This document shows positions 7,431 to 15,831 of a stretch of 24,174 nt of DNA, piece after piece; the first letter of the stretch is position 1; each line of letters opens with the position of its first letter. The notes under the pieces were generated by a model that saw only the letters and a program-made list of their open reading frames with translations, had not been told where the DNA came from and did no database searches. Both the position numbers and the translations under genes were made by a program. Origin of the DNA: Nitrospinales bacterium (lineage in GTDB: Bacteria > Nitrospinota > Nitrospinia > Nitrospinales > JAJDAT01); NCBI GenBank assembly GCA_046757665.1, contig JBHHYO010000039.1:1-24174 (forward strand), written 5' to 3'.

Positions 7431-8258
7431 CTAAACCAGATGGAGGGTGAGAACGTGGTTGATTTGCAGTACCGGCGGGCCGGCGGGTTTTGCTTTCAGG
7501 ACAAAGGTCTGTCCGTCGCGGGTTCCCCTGGGAACGAAAAATTTGATCGCGCCCTGAATGGTGTTCAGGGTCAGCACCCGGCCATTGCCGATGTCTTCCC
7601 GGGGCACCGTCATTTCATAGAAGAAATTCGTGGTTCCGGGGCTGATGACTCCTCCCGGGACCACGCGGATCTTCAGGAGCAAGTCGCCGCGCCGCCCTTT
7701 AATGAAACTTTTGCCGCCTTTTTCGGAGAGCAGGAGTTCGATCGGATTCTGCGTGGTGGCGGGGATTTTGACTCGAAAGCTCTCGGAGGGCGTTCGCACT
7801 TTGATCGTGCCGCCGGTGGCGGCGGCTCCGGCGTCCAGGGTGACGGCTTTTTCGACATCCAGGAGAAAGGCTTTTCTCTCGAACTCGAACAGATTCTGCT
7901 TCATGCGCTCTGCCCATTCTTGAAACCGCTGGCGGGTTTTCTCGGGCACACAGTTTTCAACCACCCGTTGCAACGTATTGAAAAGTCCGCCTGGATTCCT
8001 TGCCGCCATGCCCGGCGCGGCGGGATGGCGAACCGCGCGCCCGGTTTGAAGCGCCTTGTAATGGCGGTCCAATTTATTGTAAGCTTGGGAGATTGTTTTG
8101 AAGCGGGCTTCGTGGGCCGGATTGCCCCGGTTCATATCGGGATGGTAACGCCGCGCCAGGACGCGGTAGGCTTTTTTTACCTCATCCCAACCCGCACCTC
8201 GAGGGATGTTCAACGCTCTGTAGCAGTCGGGAATGCGCATCGAAATTTCAGGATACAT
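7431..8258 (-). CDS. DnaJ-domain protein (CbpA/class B-like, no zinc finger)
   Basis: J domain KKAYRVLARRYHPDMN..FKTISQAY; DnaJ C-terminal-like GRRGDLLLKIRV; no CxxCxGxG repeats. Start could be 8240. Confidence 0.8.
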   Translation of the reverse strand: MYPEISMRIPDCYRALNIPRGAGWDEVKKAYRVLARRYHPDMNRGNPAHEARFKTISQAYNKLDRHYKALQTGRAVRHPAAPGMAARNPGGLFNTLQRVVENCVPEKTRQRFQEWAERMKQNLFEFERKAFLLDVEKAVTLDAGAAATGGTIKVRTPSESFRVKIPATTQNPIELLLSEKGGKSFIKGRRGDLLLKIRVVPGGVISPGTTNFFYEMTVPREDIGNGRVLTLNTIQGAIKFFVPRGTRDGQTFVLKAKPAGPPVLQINHVLTLHLV

Positions 8259-8404
8259 GATTTATGCCAAATCCGCGAAACACCGATTGATCAAAATAGT
8301 GTGTTGATTTTTTTGTGGTTAAAGCTTGAAGGATTTTTCATAAAAACGCAAGGGGTCGGCAAAATTTTCCGGGTTCGCCGGATTTTTTTCACCACCGGAT
8401 TATC

Positions 8405-9448
8405 ATGAACAACCTGATCGGTTACTCCGAAAAACAACTGCAACGGATATTGTCCGATTGGCGGGAAAAGCCTTATCGCACCTGCCAGATATTGACATGG
8501 GTTTACCACCATGGGGCGAGGGATTTCGACCTCATGAGCAACCTGTCGAAGGACTTGCGAAACCGGTTGAAGGAGCATTTTTGTTTCGCCCTGCCGGCAA
8601 TCCGCAATAAAACCCGGTCGCGGGACGGCTCCATAAAATATCTTTTCGAGCTGGCGGACGGATCGACGATCGAAAGCGTCTGGATGCCGTCGGAAAACCG
8701 GGACACGCTGTGCATTTCCACGCAGGTGGGATGCCGGCTGGCCTGCTCCTTCTGCCTGACGGGGCGGATGGGGCTCAAGAGAAACCTGAGTTCGGCGGAG
8801 ATCGTCGGCCAGATCATCGCGGTCAACGAAGATTTGCCGGAGGAGCAGAGGCCTTCCAACATCGTGATCATGGGCATGGGCGAGCCGCTCGACAATTACG
8901 ACGAGGTGGTCCGAGCCGTCGGCTTGATGGTTTCCCCGCACGCCATGAAGATATCGACCCGGAAAATAACATTATCGACTTCGGGCCTGGTCGACAAAAT
9001 CCGGCGGTTTGCCGGGGAGAATCTGCATGTCAATCTTGCCGTTTCCCTGAACGCCACCGAGGAGGCGACGCGCACCCGGATCATGCCGATCAACAAAAAA
9101 CATTCGCTGGAGGAGCTTTTGCGCTGTCTGCGCGACTATCCCTTGAAACCAACGCGCCGGATTACGTTTGAATATGTTTTGATCGAGGGCGTCAACGACA
9201 GCCGGGAAGACGCCGTCCGCCTGGCGAAACTGTTACGGGGAATTCGTTGCAAGATCAACCTGATCCCCTTCAACGATTTCGATGGGGTGGCGTACCGTCC
9301 GCCATCGGAAGAAACGGTTTTGTTTTTCCACGAGTACCTGCTTGCGAGGAACTTTTCCGTTTTCATCCGCAAAAACCGGGGTACGGACATTCTGGGCGCG
9401 TGCGGGCAACTGGCGGCGCGGTCTTTCGACACGGCGTCCGCCAATTAG
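8405..9448 (+). CDS. rlmN: Dual-specificity 23S rRNA A2503 / tRNA A37 C2-methyltransferase RlmN
   Basis: TLCISTQVGCRLACSFC, MGMGEPLDN, LAVSLNA, FEYVLI, NLIPFN, DILGACGQL. Confidence 0.97.
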   Translation: MNNLIGYSEKQLQRILSDWREKPYRTCQILTWVYHHGARDFDLMSNLSKDLRNRLKEHFCFALPAIRNKTRSRDGSIKYLFELADGSTIESVWMPSENRDTLCISTQVGCRLACSFCLTGRMGLKRNLSSAEIVGQIIAVNEDLPEEQRPSNIVIMGMGEPLDNYDEVVRAVGLMVSPHAMKISTRKITLSTSGLVDKIRRFAGENLHVNLAVSLNATEEATRTRIMPINKKHSLEELLRCLRDYPLKPTRRITFEYVLIEGVNDSREDAVRLAKLLRGIRCKINLIPFNDFDGVAYRPPSEETVLFFHEYLLARNFSVFIRKNRGTDILGACGQLAARSFDTASAN

Positions 9449-9470
9449 CAACGGACTTTATCAAATCGCC

Positions 9471-10208
9471 ATGGAACCCATCGGCAAACAATCGGACTCG
9501 CCTGATCTCTCCATCGTTATCCCTTTATACAACGAAAGGGAAAACCTGGTTGACCTGGAAGAGGAGTTGCAGAAACATCTTGAAAAGTTGCGCCGGAGCT
9601 ATGAAATCATTTTCATCGACGACGGCAGTCAGGACGGCGGCGCCGAGGTGATCCGATGCTTAAAGAGTATCAACCCGCACATACGCCTGATCCAATTTCG
9701 GGCCAACGCGGGACAAACCGCCGCGTTCGACGCCGGTTTCAAAGCCGCCCGGGGCGAGGTGGTGGTGACCCTGGATGCCGACCTGCAAAACAATCCAGCC
9801 GACATCCCCTTATTGCTTGAAAAAATCGGCGAATACGATATGGTATGCGGCTGGCGGCACAGGCGCAACGACCCGTGGATCAAAAAGGTTTCATCAAAAA
9901 TCGCCAACGCGGTGCGCAACCGGCTGAGCGAGGAAAACATTGCCGACACCGGTTGCTCGCTGAAGGCGTTTCGCAGGGAGTGTTTGCGGGACCTGAAGCT
10001 TTATAACGGCATGCACCGGTTTTTTCCCACGCTGGTAAAAATGCGCGGATTCAAGGTTACCGAGACCAAAGTCAATCATTATCCTCGCCGCCACGGAGTA
10101 TCGAAATATAATATCAGAAACCGTCTGCTCAGTTCATTTATGGACCTTTTGGCTATCCGGTGGATGAAAAAGCGGCGGCTGAACTACCAAATTTGCTCGG
10201 GGGACTAA
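9471..10208 (+). CDS. Glycosyltransferase family 2 (polyprenol-phosphate glycosyltransferase, ArnC/DPM-synthase-like)
   Basis: SIVIPLYNE, IDDGSQD, NAGQTAAFDAG, TLDADLQN, DTGCSLKAFR, GMHRF. Start set at the ATG following the rlmN stop. Confidence 0.9.
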   Translation: MEPIGKQSDSPDLSIVIPLYNERENLVDLEEELQKHLEKLRRSYEIIFIDDGSQDGGAEVIRCLKSINPHIRLIQFRANAGQTAAFDAGFKAARGEVVVTLDADLQNNPADIPLLLEKIGEYDMVCGWRHRRNDPWIKKVSSKIANAVRNRLSEENIADTGCSLKAFRRECLRDLKLYNGMHRFFPTLVKMRGFKVTETKVNHYPRRHGVSKYNIRNRLLSSFMDLLAIRWMKKRRLNYQICSGD

Positions 10209-10490
10209 ATGACCACAACCCACTGGTTAATTATCGGCTTTGTCGGCCAGACATTTTTTTTTATGCGGTTTCTCATCCAGTGGCTGGTATCGGAAAAACG
10301 CGGTGAAAGCACCATACCCATTGCCTTCTGGTACTGTAGTATTGGAGGAAGCGCCATTTTGTTGAGCTATGCGATTCACAAACAGGACCCCGTTTTCATT
10401 CTGGGCCAGAGCGTAGGCTCCTTTATTTACATTCGCAATCTTATCCTGATTGCGCGCAAGCAGAAAACTATCGAAGAACCCCAGCCATGA
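10209..10490 (+). CDS. Lipid-A-disaccharide synthase N-terminal (LAB_N) domain small membrane protein
   Basis: IGFVGQTFFFMRFLIQWLVSEKRGES.IP.AFWY.SI.G..LSYAI..DPVFILGQ..IYIRNL. Abuts the GT2 stop. Confidence 0.88.
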   Translation: MTTTHWLIIGFVGQTFFFMRFLIQWLVSEKRGESTIPIAFWYCSIGGSAILLSYAIHKQDPVFILGQSVGSFIYIRNLILIARKQKTIEEPQP

Positions 10491-10693
10491 GACCCTGGAA
10501 ATACCGTTTAATCGGCTTGACATTGATGGTCCTGGGCGGCTTTCTTTTCGTTTGGGCCATAAAATATGTATCCTCCGAATGGCCGCAAATATTTACCGGT
10601 CTCCTGTCGATTTTTTTTCTGTCCATGGGATTCGGGTTGCTGATTATGCCGATTGAAGCCCGGCGCACGGAATCGACAACAAAAACCGATTGA
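10487..10693 (+). CDS. Small two-helix membrane protein, unknown function
   Basis: Two hydrophobic segments; ATGA overlap with the LAB_N gene. Confidence 0.7.
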   Translation: MRPWKYRLIGLTLMVLGGFLFVWAIKYVSSEWPQIFTGLLSIFFLSMGFGLLIMPIEARRTESTTKTD

Positions 10694-10817
10694 AAAGAAT
10701 TTTTGCCGCCCGGATAAGAATTTTCCTAGGCCGGGTCAGCCTGAACGCAATAAAGCAAACGGGGTTTGCCGCTGAAAGAAGGCTACAAGCCCTTTAATAT
10801 GGGGATTTATAATTTTC

Positions 10818-10846
10818 TTGACTTGGAAAAACCCCTGTGATATCTC
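10818..10846 (+). promoter_or_regulatory. Putative sigma70 promoter of the bd-like oxidase operon
   Basis: TTGACT (10818-10823), 17 nt ending in TGA, then TATCTC (10841-10846); AT-rich upstream region. Confidence 0.4.
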
Positions 10847-11030
10847 TTACGTTCTTTCCGGATATGATCCGTTTAAGAAGATTTCCGGAAGGTCGAAAAC
10901 GTGTAATACCGATCGCCTCGTATTATAAAATCAAGCAAACCCAACGCCATTTTTTGGGCGGATTTAAAAATGATTAACCCGCTTTTTTGCTGAAACCTGT
11001 AAGGCTTTCAGCACGTGAGGAGCCCCCCTG

Positions 11031-13325
11031 ATGGCCAGGCCCGGATTTTGCCGAAAAAAAACGTTTTGTTTTAAGCTGGTCACAGCCTCTTTCCTCGCCT
11101 TCTTCCTGAGCCTAATCGCTCTGCCCGCAACCCTGTCGCCGGCTTTTTTAAAGGTGGTGAACCTTGGCCCCGTTGCCGCCCTCGCCCAGGAGGAAGGGGG
11201 CGAAACAGCCGAGGAATTTGCCGGAGAAGAGGAATTTTTCGAGGAAGAATTTTCCGGGGAGGAAGCGACAGGCGCCGCCGAAACTGAAACAGCCGTGGAA
11301 GACGCCGCCACCGACGAATTCGCCGGAGACGAAGAGTTCGCCGGGGAAGAGTTTGCAGGAGATGAGTTCGCCGGGGATGAAGAGGTCGTGGGCGATGAGG
11401 AATTTGCCGGGGACGATGAATTTGCCGCCGACGATGAAGAAGAAGGCGAAGATGAAGAGGGCGGCGAGGGAGAGGCCGGGGAGGAAGAAGACCCGGATGC
11501 CTGGAAATACGATGTCGGCATCGCCCAGGACCAGAAAGTGGACACGTTCATCTTTCCGGGAATCGGCAATCGGCACGCTACCTGGTGGGCCGCGCAAATG
11601 CACATCTTATTTGCCTCCTTCATCCTGGGCTGTCCCATGTTCGTCGTCATCATGGAGGTCATGGGCGCTCCCCGAACCCAGGGAGTCCGCAAATCCATTA
11701 TTCTCTCGAATGTTTTCCTCGGCGTATTGATCGGGGTCGTCATCGGCATCACCGGCGAAATCATCCTCGACATCCACCACGGCGTTCTCTTCGGATTATG
11801 GGCCTGTTCCTTCGGAGCCCTTGTCGTCAGTTTCCTGAACTACTTCCACAAGGCGACGAATACCAAGGTTTCCGCGGCGATCGGCGGCATAACGGGCTTG
11901 ATTTTCGCCGCGTCCCTGGTGGAAGGCCATATGTCCGGATACATTCTGGCTCTCGTCAACGGGATCGTCGGCGGAATCCTTTCCAACGGCATCATGTTCG
12001 CCAAGGCCGATTTTAAGTTTGAAAGGCTGGCTCACGAGGTCACCAAGGTCATCGGCATCTGTTACAGTTTTACGGCCCTCACCGGCGGACTGTTCCTGCT
12101 GGTCATGCTGGTCGCTTACCGGGACTTCATAAGCTATCTGGTATCGCTTTATCCGGTCCTGTTCATGATCGCGTACCCCACGCTTTTCATCCTTGAAACC
12201 ATCGTGATGTACGTTTACGTGTACTCGTGGGAGCCTCTTAATCTGCAAAACAAGAAAGGCCGCCACATCGTTTGCGGCGTGGTATTGAATATTCTGGGCC
12301 TGACCCTGTTGTGCGCCCTGGACGGTCCGGCAACCTTGATGCAAACCCCGCCGAAGCCGATTGACATGTTGCCCAGCATGAGCGAATGGGACAAGATCGC
12401 AACCGCCACATGGATGCCGCTGAATTACCACCGGCTGGTGGGCAACGGTACTTTCGGCGGATACCTGGTCGGCATCATTGGAGCCTATATGTACCTGTGG
12501 TCCTCCGACCCAAAAGAAAAAGAATACTATGACTGGGTCGGTTACACGGGCAACATTATCGGCGTCGCTATCATGATTCCCCTGCCCGCCATGGGTTACA
12601 TTTTCGTCAGGGAGATTTATCAATACGACGCCACCATCGGCATGTATATCATGTCCGACCGCGAGTCGATGTTCATGCTGGTCCAGGGACTGCTGGTAGG
12701 AACCATGTTCAGCGCCAGCAATGTCTATATGTGGGTCAGTATGAAGCGCATTGAGAATGCCCAGCGGTTTTTCCCCTTCATGAAAGTCGGTTTTGTGTTG
12801 ATCGTCATTGCCGCGGCGATCTGGTTCACGCCGCGACGGTTTTTCGCAACCATGATTCCCGAACCGCAAATGAATCCCGAGATGGTGCTTCCGGAACATC
12901 TGGCCGTCATGGCGTTGATGATATCCAAAAACACTGCCGCGTTCGCCCTGGTCACAGTTACTTTCATCAATTACATCTTTTACACCATCGCCACGAAAAC
13001 CGGCAAGGTGCATTACGGGAAAATCAATCCCCTGGGAATTTACGTCCTTATTTTTCTTGGCTTCAGCGACATCTGGCTGTTGAGCTGGATGGGAACCATC
13101 CGCGAGCTATCCAGAATGAACTGGCATATTTACAGAGTATTCAAGGACATCACCCCGGACAAATTCGCGCCCACTCTTGCCAACGCGGGAATGCAGGTGA
13201 CTGAAATCGTCTGGGCCTTTTTCATCATCATGACCGCCATCGTCTGGCTGGGGATCAAATATCCCAAAAGCGTTAAGGAAAAAGCGAAGCAACCGCCCCA
13301 GGCCGCGCCGCAGATGGCTGAATAA
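11031..13325 (+). CDS. Cytochrome bd-like oxidase subunit I (CydA-related) with signal peptide and acidic N-terminal repeat region
   Basis: Polytopic membrane protein. QMHILFASFILG and NYHRLVGN resemble the CydA haem-ligand His motifs. LFILETIVMYVYVYSW and WMGTIRELSRMNWHIY resemble CydA FFLE and ExGRQPW. Exact start uncertain. Confidence 0.82.
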   Translation: MARPGFCRKKTFCFKLVTASFLAFFLSLIALPATLSPAFLKVVNLGPVAALAQEEGGETAEEFAGEEEFFEEEFSGEEATGAAETETAVEDAATDEFAGDEEFAGEEFAGDEFAGDEEVVGDEEFAGDDEFAADDEEEGEDEEGGEGEAGEEEDPDAWKYDVGIAQDQKVDTFIFPGIGNRHATWWAAQMHILFASFILGCPMFVVIMEVMGAPRTQGVRKSIILSNVFLGVLIGVVIGITGEIILDIHHGVLFGLWACSFGALVVSFLNYFHKATNTKVSAAIGGITGLIFAASLVEGHMSGYILALVNGIVGGILSNGIMFAKADFKFERLAHEVTKVIGICYSFTALTGGLFLLVMLVAYRDFISYLVSLYPVLFMIAYPTLFILETIVMYVYVYSWEPLNLQNKKGRHIVCGVVLNILGLTLLCALDGPATLMQTPPKPIDMLPSMSEWDKIATATWMPLNYHRLVGNGTFGGYLVGIIGAYMYLWSSDPKEKEYYDWVGYTGNIIGVAIMIPLPAMGYIFVREIYQYDATIGMYIMSDRESMFMLVQGLLVGTMFSASNVYMWVSMKRIENAQRFFPFMKVGFVLIVIAAAIWFTPRRFFATMIPEPQMNPEMVLPEHLAVMALMISKNTAAFALVTVTFINYIFYTIATKTGKVHYGKINPLGIYVLIFLGFSDIWLLSWMGTIRELSRMNWHIYRVFKDITPDKFAPTLANAGMQVTEIVWAFFIIMTAIVWLGIKYPKSVKEKAKQPPQAAPQMAE
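11211..11492 (+). repeat. Intragenic tandem repeat encoding (D/E)EFAG(D/E) units and a poly-acidic tract
   Basis: About 8 degenerate GA(A/G)TT(T/C)GCCGG(A/G)GA units; translation EEFAGE...DEFAGDEEFAGEEFAGDEFAGDEEVVGDEEFAGDDEFAADDEEEGEDEE. Confidence 0.9.
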
Positions 13326-13351
13326 CAAATCGATTTTGGAGAGTTCTTACT

Positions 13352-14461
13352 ATGGAAGGTAAAAGCTTCCTCGAAAACATTAAATTCAAGATTCCCTTTT
13401 TTCTGGTGCTTTCCGTAACCATATGGTTTGTGGCGGGAAAGCTCGGGTTTCCCATTTGGTGGCAAATCGAGTTCGTTATTTTTGCATTTGTCGGGTTGGT
13501 TTTTTTCATTCTTTTAGACCTCCCTACCTTAAAACCTGAAAAAGGGGCGGGAAGGAAAACATTCCGCCTGCTGTCCACCTACGCCCTGGCTTCCGGCATA
13601 TTTATCACAGTTACCCAGCAACTGCCGCAATTTGATCCGGCCGTTGAACTGGAAAAACTCAACAAACCCCCGGTCAAACTTTCCGGACTCGCCGGTCCGG
13701 AGGTCATCGCCGCGGGACGATCGGTTTTCGAGGAAAACAAATGCTTCAACTGCCACAAGGTGTTCTGGGAAGGCAACTCCGACCGCGGACCAAATCTCGG
13801 CACCCGACAGATCGGCCTGTACTCGGAAGAGTACATCAAGGAGCAAATCCTTGAGCCGCGCAAGGACCAGGCGCCCGGATTCGATGATCCCAAGTCCAAA
13901 AAAGCCATGCCCACTTATTATGGTGAAGACCTGAGCGAGGACGAACTCAACGCCCTGGTCTCCTATTTGAAAACCCTGCGGGACCCGGAACATATTCCCG
14001 TCGAAGGCAAACTGGGCAACCAGTGGACTTGGTGGGACGATCCCAAAATCATTGCGGAAGGCCAAAAAGTCTTTGAAGGCGTCGAAGAAGCCACCCAACC
14101 CCTGAACTGCTCCGTCTGCCACGGCAAAGAAGGCATTCCGCTCATGACCGGAGCTTTTGATTTCCGCGACCCCAACCGCAAGGACACCACGAAGATGCCC
14201 GACCACGTCGAGGCGCCACTGAAAGACTGGCCCGATTCCCTGTGGTACCGGCGCGTGACCCGCGGCATCGACGGAACACCTATGGCCGCCTGGGGCAAGG
14301 CGTTCCCCCATTATTACCTCTGGAAGGCCGAAGCCTATGCCCGCACCTTCCACGATCCCTTGGAGAAAAGGAAGGAGAAAAAACCCATCCCTCCCATCCC
14401 CACCAAGGAAGACATCGAAAGGTGGAAAAAGGAAGGCTTGTTTCTTGACCCGCTACTCTAA
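13352..14461 (+). CDS. Membrane-anchored diheme c-type cytochrome
   Basis: Three N-terminal hydrophobic helices; CFNCH and CSVCH haem motifs with candidate distal Met in AMP and PMAAW; RBS GGAG upstream. Confidence 0.9.
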   Translation: MEGKSFLENIKFKIPFFLVLSVTIWFVAGKLGFPIWWQIEFVIFAFVGLVFFILLDLPTLKPEKGAGRKTFRLLSTYALASGIFITVTQQLPQFDPAVELEKLNKPPVKLSGLAGPEVIAAGRSVFEENKCFNCHKVFWEGNSDRGPNLGTRQIGLYSEEYIKEQILEPRKDQAPGFDDPKSKKAMPTYYGEDLSEDELNALVSYLKTLRDPEHIPVEGKLGNQWTWWDDPKIIAEGQKVFEGVEEATQPLNCSVCHGKEGIPLMTGAFDFRDPNRKDTTKMPDHVEAPLKDWPDSLWYRRVTRGIDGTPMAAWGKAFPHYYLWKAEAYARTFHDPLEKRKEKKPIPPIPTKEDIERWKKEGLFLDPLL

Positions 14462-14503
14462 CAGCGTACGCTCCTGATTTTAACCGTCAGGAGCAATTCA
14501 TTC

Positions 14504-14550
14504 GCCGGTTCCGGAGCTTTGCCTGGCTCCCGGAACCGGCTTTTTTGTTT
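14504..14550 (+). terminator. Rho-independent terminator of the oxidase/cytochrome c operon
   Basis: GCCGGTTCCGGAGC...GCTCCCGGAACCGGC stem (14504-14540) followed by TTTTTTGTTT. A second hairpin GCTCCTGA/TCAGGAGC (14470-14494) precedes it. Confidence 0.85.
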
Positions 14551-14615
14551 GCATTGACCGCGGACAAGGATAAAATAAAACTACGAAATTTCATAAATGG
14601 AACCCATAAACGACT

Positions 14616-15095
14616 ATGAGCAAAATCGACGATTTGATCCGCGAAAATTTGTCTCCCGACGGCGAAATCCTGACCTTGAAAGAAAAAATGGTCGGGGTCA
14701 GGGGCACCATGGAACTGGCCACGAAACAAGCTCTCGCCAAAGTGAAAATCCTGGTTTACTCCGGAAACCAGTGTTGCGACGAGGGCGTCGAGGCGCTGGC
14801 GAATTCGCCCTTTCTTTCCAACCTGGAAACCTTGAACTTGAATCACAATGAAATCGGCGATGAGGGCGCCGTCATTTTAGCCACATCGCGGAATTTTCCC
14901 AAGCTGACCAATCTGTCCCTGTTCGGCAACGTCATCGGCGACGAAGGCGCCAAGGCCTTCGCCGATTCCAGCGAGAGCAAGCGATTGGCCCGCCTGGACC
15001 TTTATAAAAATCAGTTTGGCAGTGCAGGTATCCGCGCACTCAACGAATCCGAGAACCTCAAGAACTGCGAGGAACTGGAATACTCGCAAGACTGA
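14616..15095 (+). CDS. Small leucine-rich-repeat protein
   Basis: ~27-residue repeats LxxLxLxxNxIGDEGAxxLA (LNLNHNEIGDEGA, LSLFGNVIGDEGA, LDLYKNQFGSAG). Candidate promoter TTGCAT-16-TAAAAT at 14549-14576. Confidence 0.85.
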   Translation: MSKIDDLIRENLSPDGEILTLKEKMVGVRGTMELATKQALAKVKILVYSGNQCCDEGVEALANSPFLSNLETLNLNHNEIGDEGAVILATSRNFPKLTNLSLFGNVIGDEGAKAFADSSESKRLARLDLYKNQFGSAGIRALNESENLKNCEELEYSQD

Positions 15096-15130
15096 GAAAA
15101 AATGCCATACAATGCCGCTCCCACACTTCG

Positions 15131-15415
15131 TTAACTCATCTTTTCCCATTGTTGCGGCGTAAAGGTTTTGATTTGCAGGGCATGGATCAATTTGGGCGTG
15201 CCATTCATCTGTTGATCCAGAGCCCCATAAACCAGACGGCGCTGGTCGATCAGGCTGACGTTTTCAAACCGGGGGGAAACCACCGTGAGATTATAATGCC
15301 CGCCGCCGCCGGCGGCCTTGTGCCCGGCATGTAAATAGCTCTCGTCAATAATTTTCACGTAGGTGGCCCCCAGATTTTCTTTTAAAATATTATAAATAAT
15401 ATCAACTGGTTGCAT
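15131..15415 (-). CDS. bolA: BolA-family protein
   Basis: IIDESYLHAGH, GGHY.L.VVS.RF, R..VY.AL, IHALQIKT.TP..W; RBS AAGGA upstream. Confidence 0.9.
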   Translation of the reverse strand: MQPVDIIYNILKENLGATYVKIIDESYLHAGHKAAGGGGHYNLTVVSPRFENVSLIDQRRLVYGALDQQMNGTPKLIHALQIKTFTPQQWEKMS

Positions 15416-15560
15416 AATAAATCCTTATAAATAGCTTTAAGAAAGAAAACAACGCTTCAAAACAATCTCCAAGGGAGAGAACGAAATAAATAACCGCAAA
15501 CCCGGCGTTTCATGCGATTATATTAAGTGACCCAAAAAATAGAAACCGGAGGATAACAGC

Positions 15561-15818
15561 ATGTTTTTTTATCAAATCGGCCAGCCCGGCGCGAAACTGC
15601 CGTTCCGAACCAAAGCGGCGATGATCCTGGGCATCGTGGCCGCCCTTTCGGTTTTGGCCGTGTTCGCGTTTACGTTATTTCTTGTCGCCTTGTGCGGAGG
15701 GTTGGTATTGCTTGTCATGAACCTGTTCCGCAAACCCGCCCCTCCGGCCAGCCCGCCCGGCGCTTGCCGTCCCTACCAGCCACCGCGCGCCCGTAACGAC
15801 GACGTGATTGACATTTGA
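15561..15818 (+). CDS. Small membrane protein with Pro-rich tail ending DVIDI
   Basis: Strong RBS GGAGG; long hydrophobic hairpin; divergent from bolA. Confidence 0.7.
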   Translation: MFFYQIGQPGAKLPFRTKAAMILGIVAALSVLAVFAFTLFLVALCGGLVLLVMNLFRKPAPPASPPGACRPYQPPRARNDDVIDI

Positions 15819-15831
15819 CTTAAAATTCACG

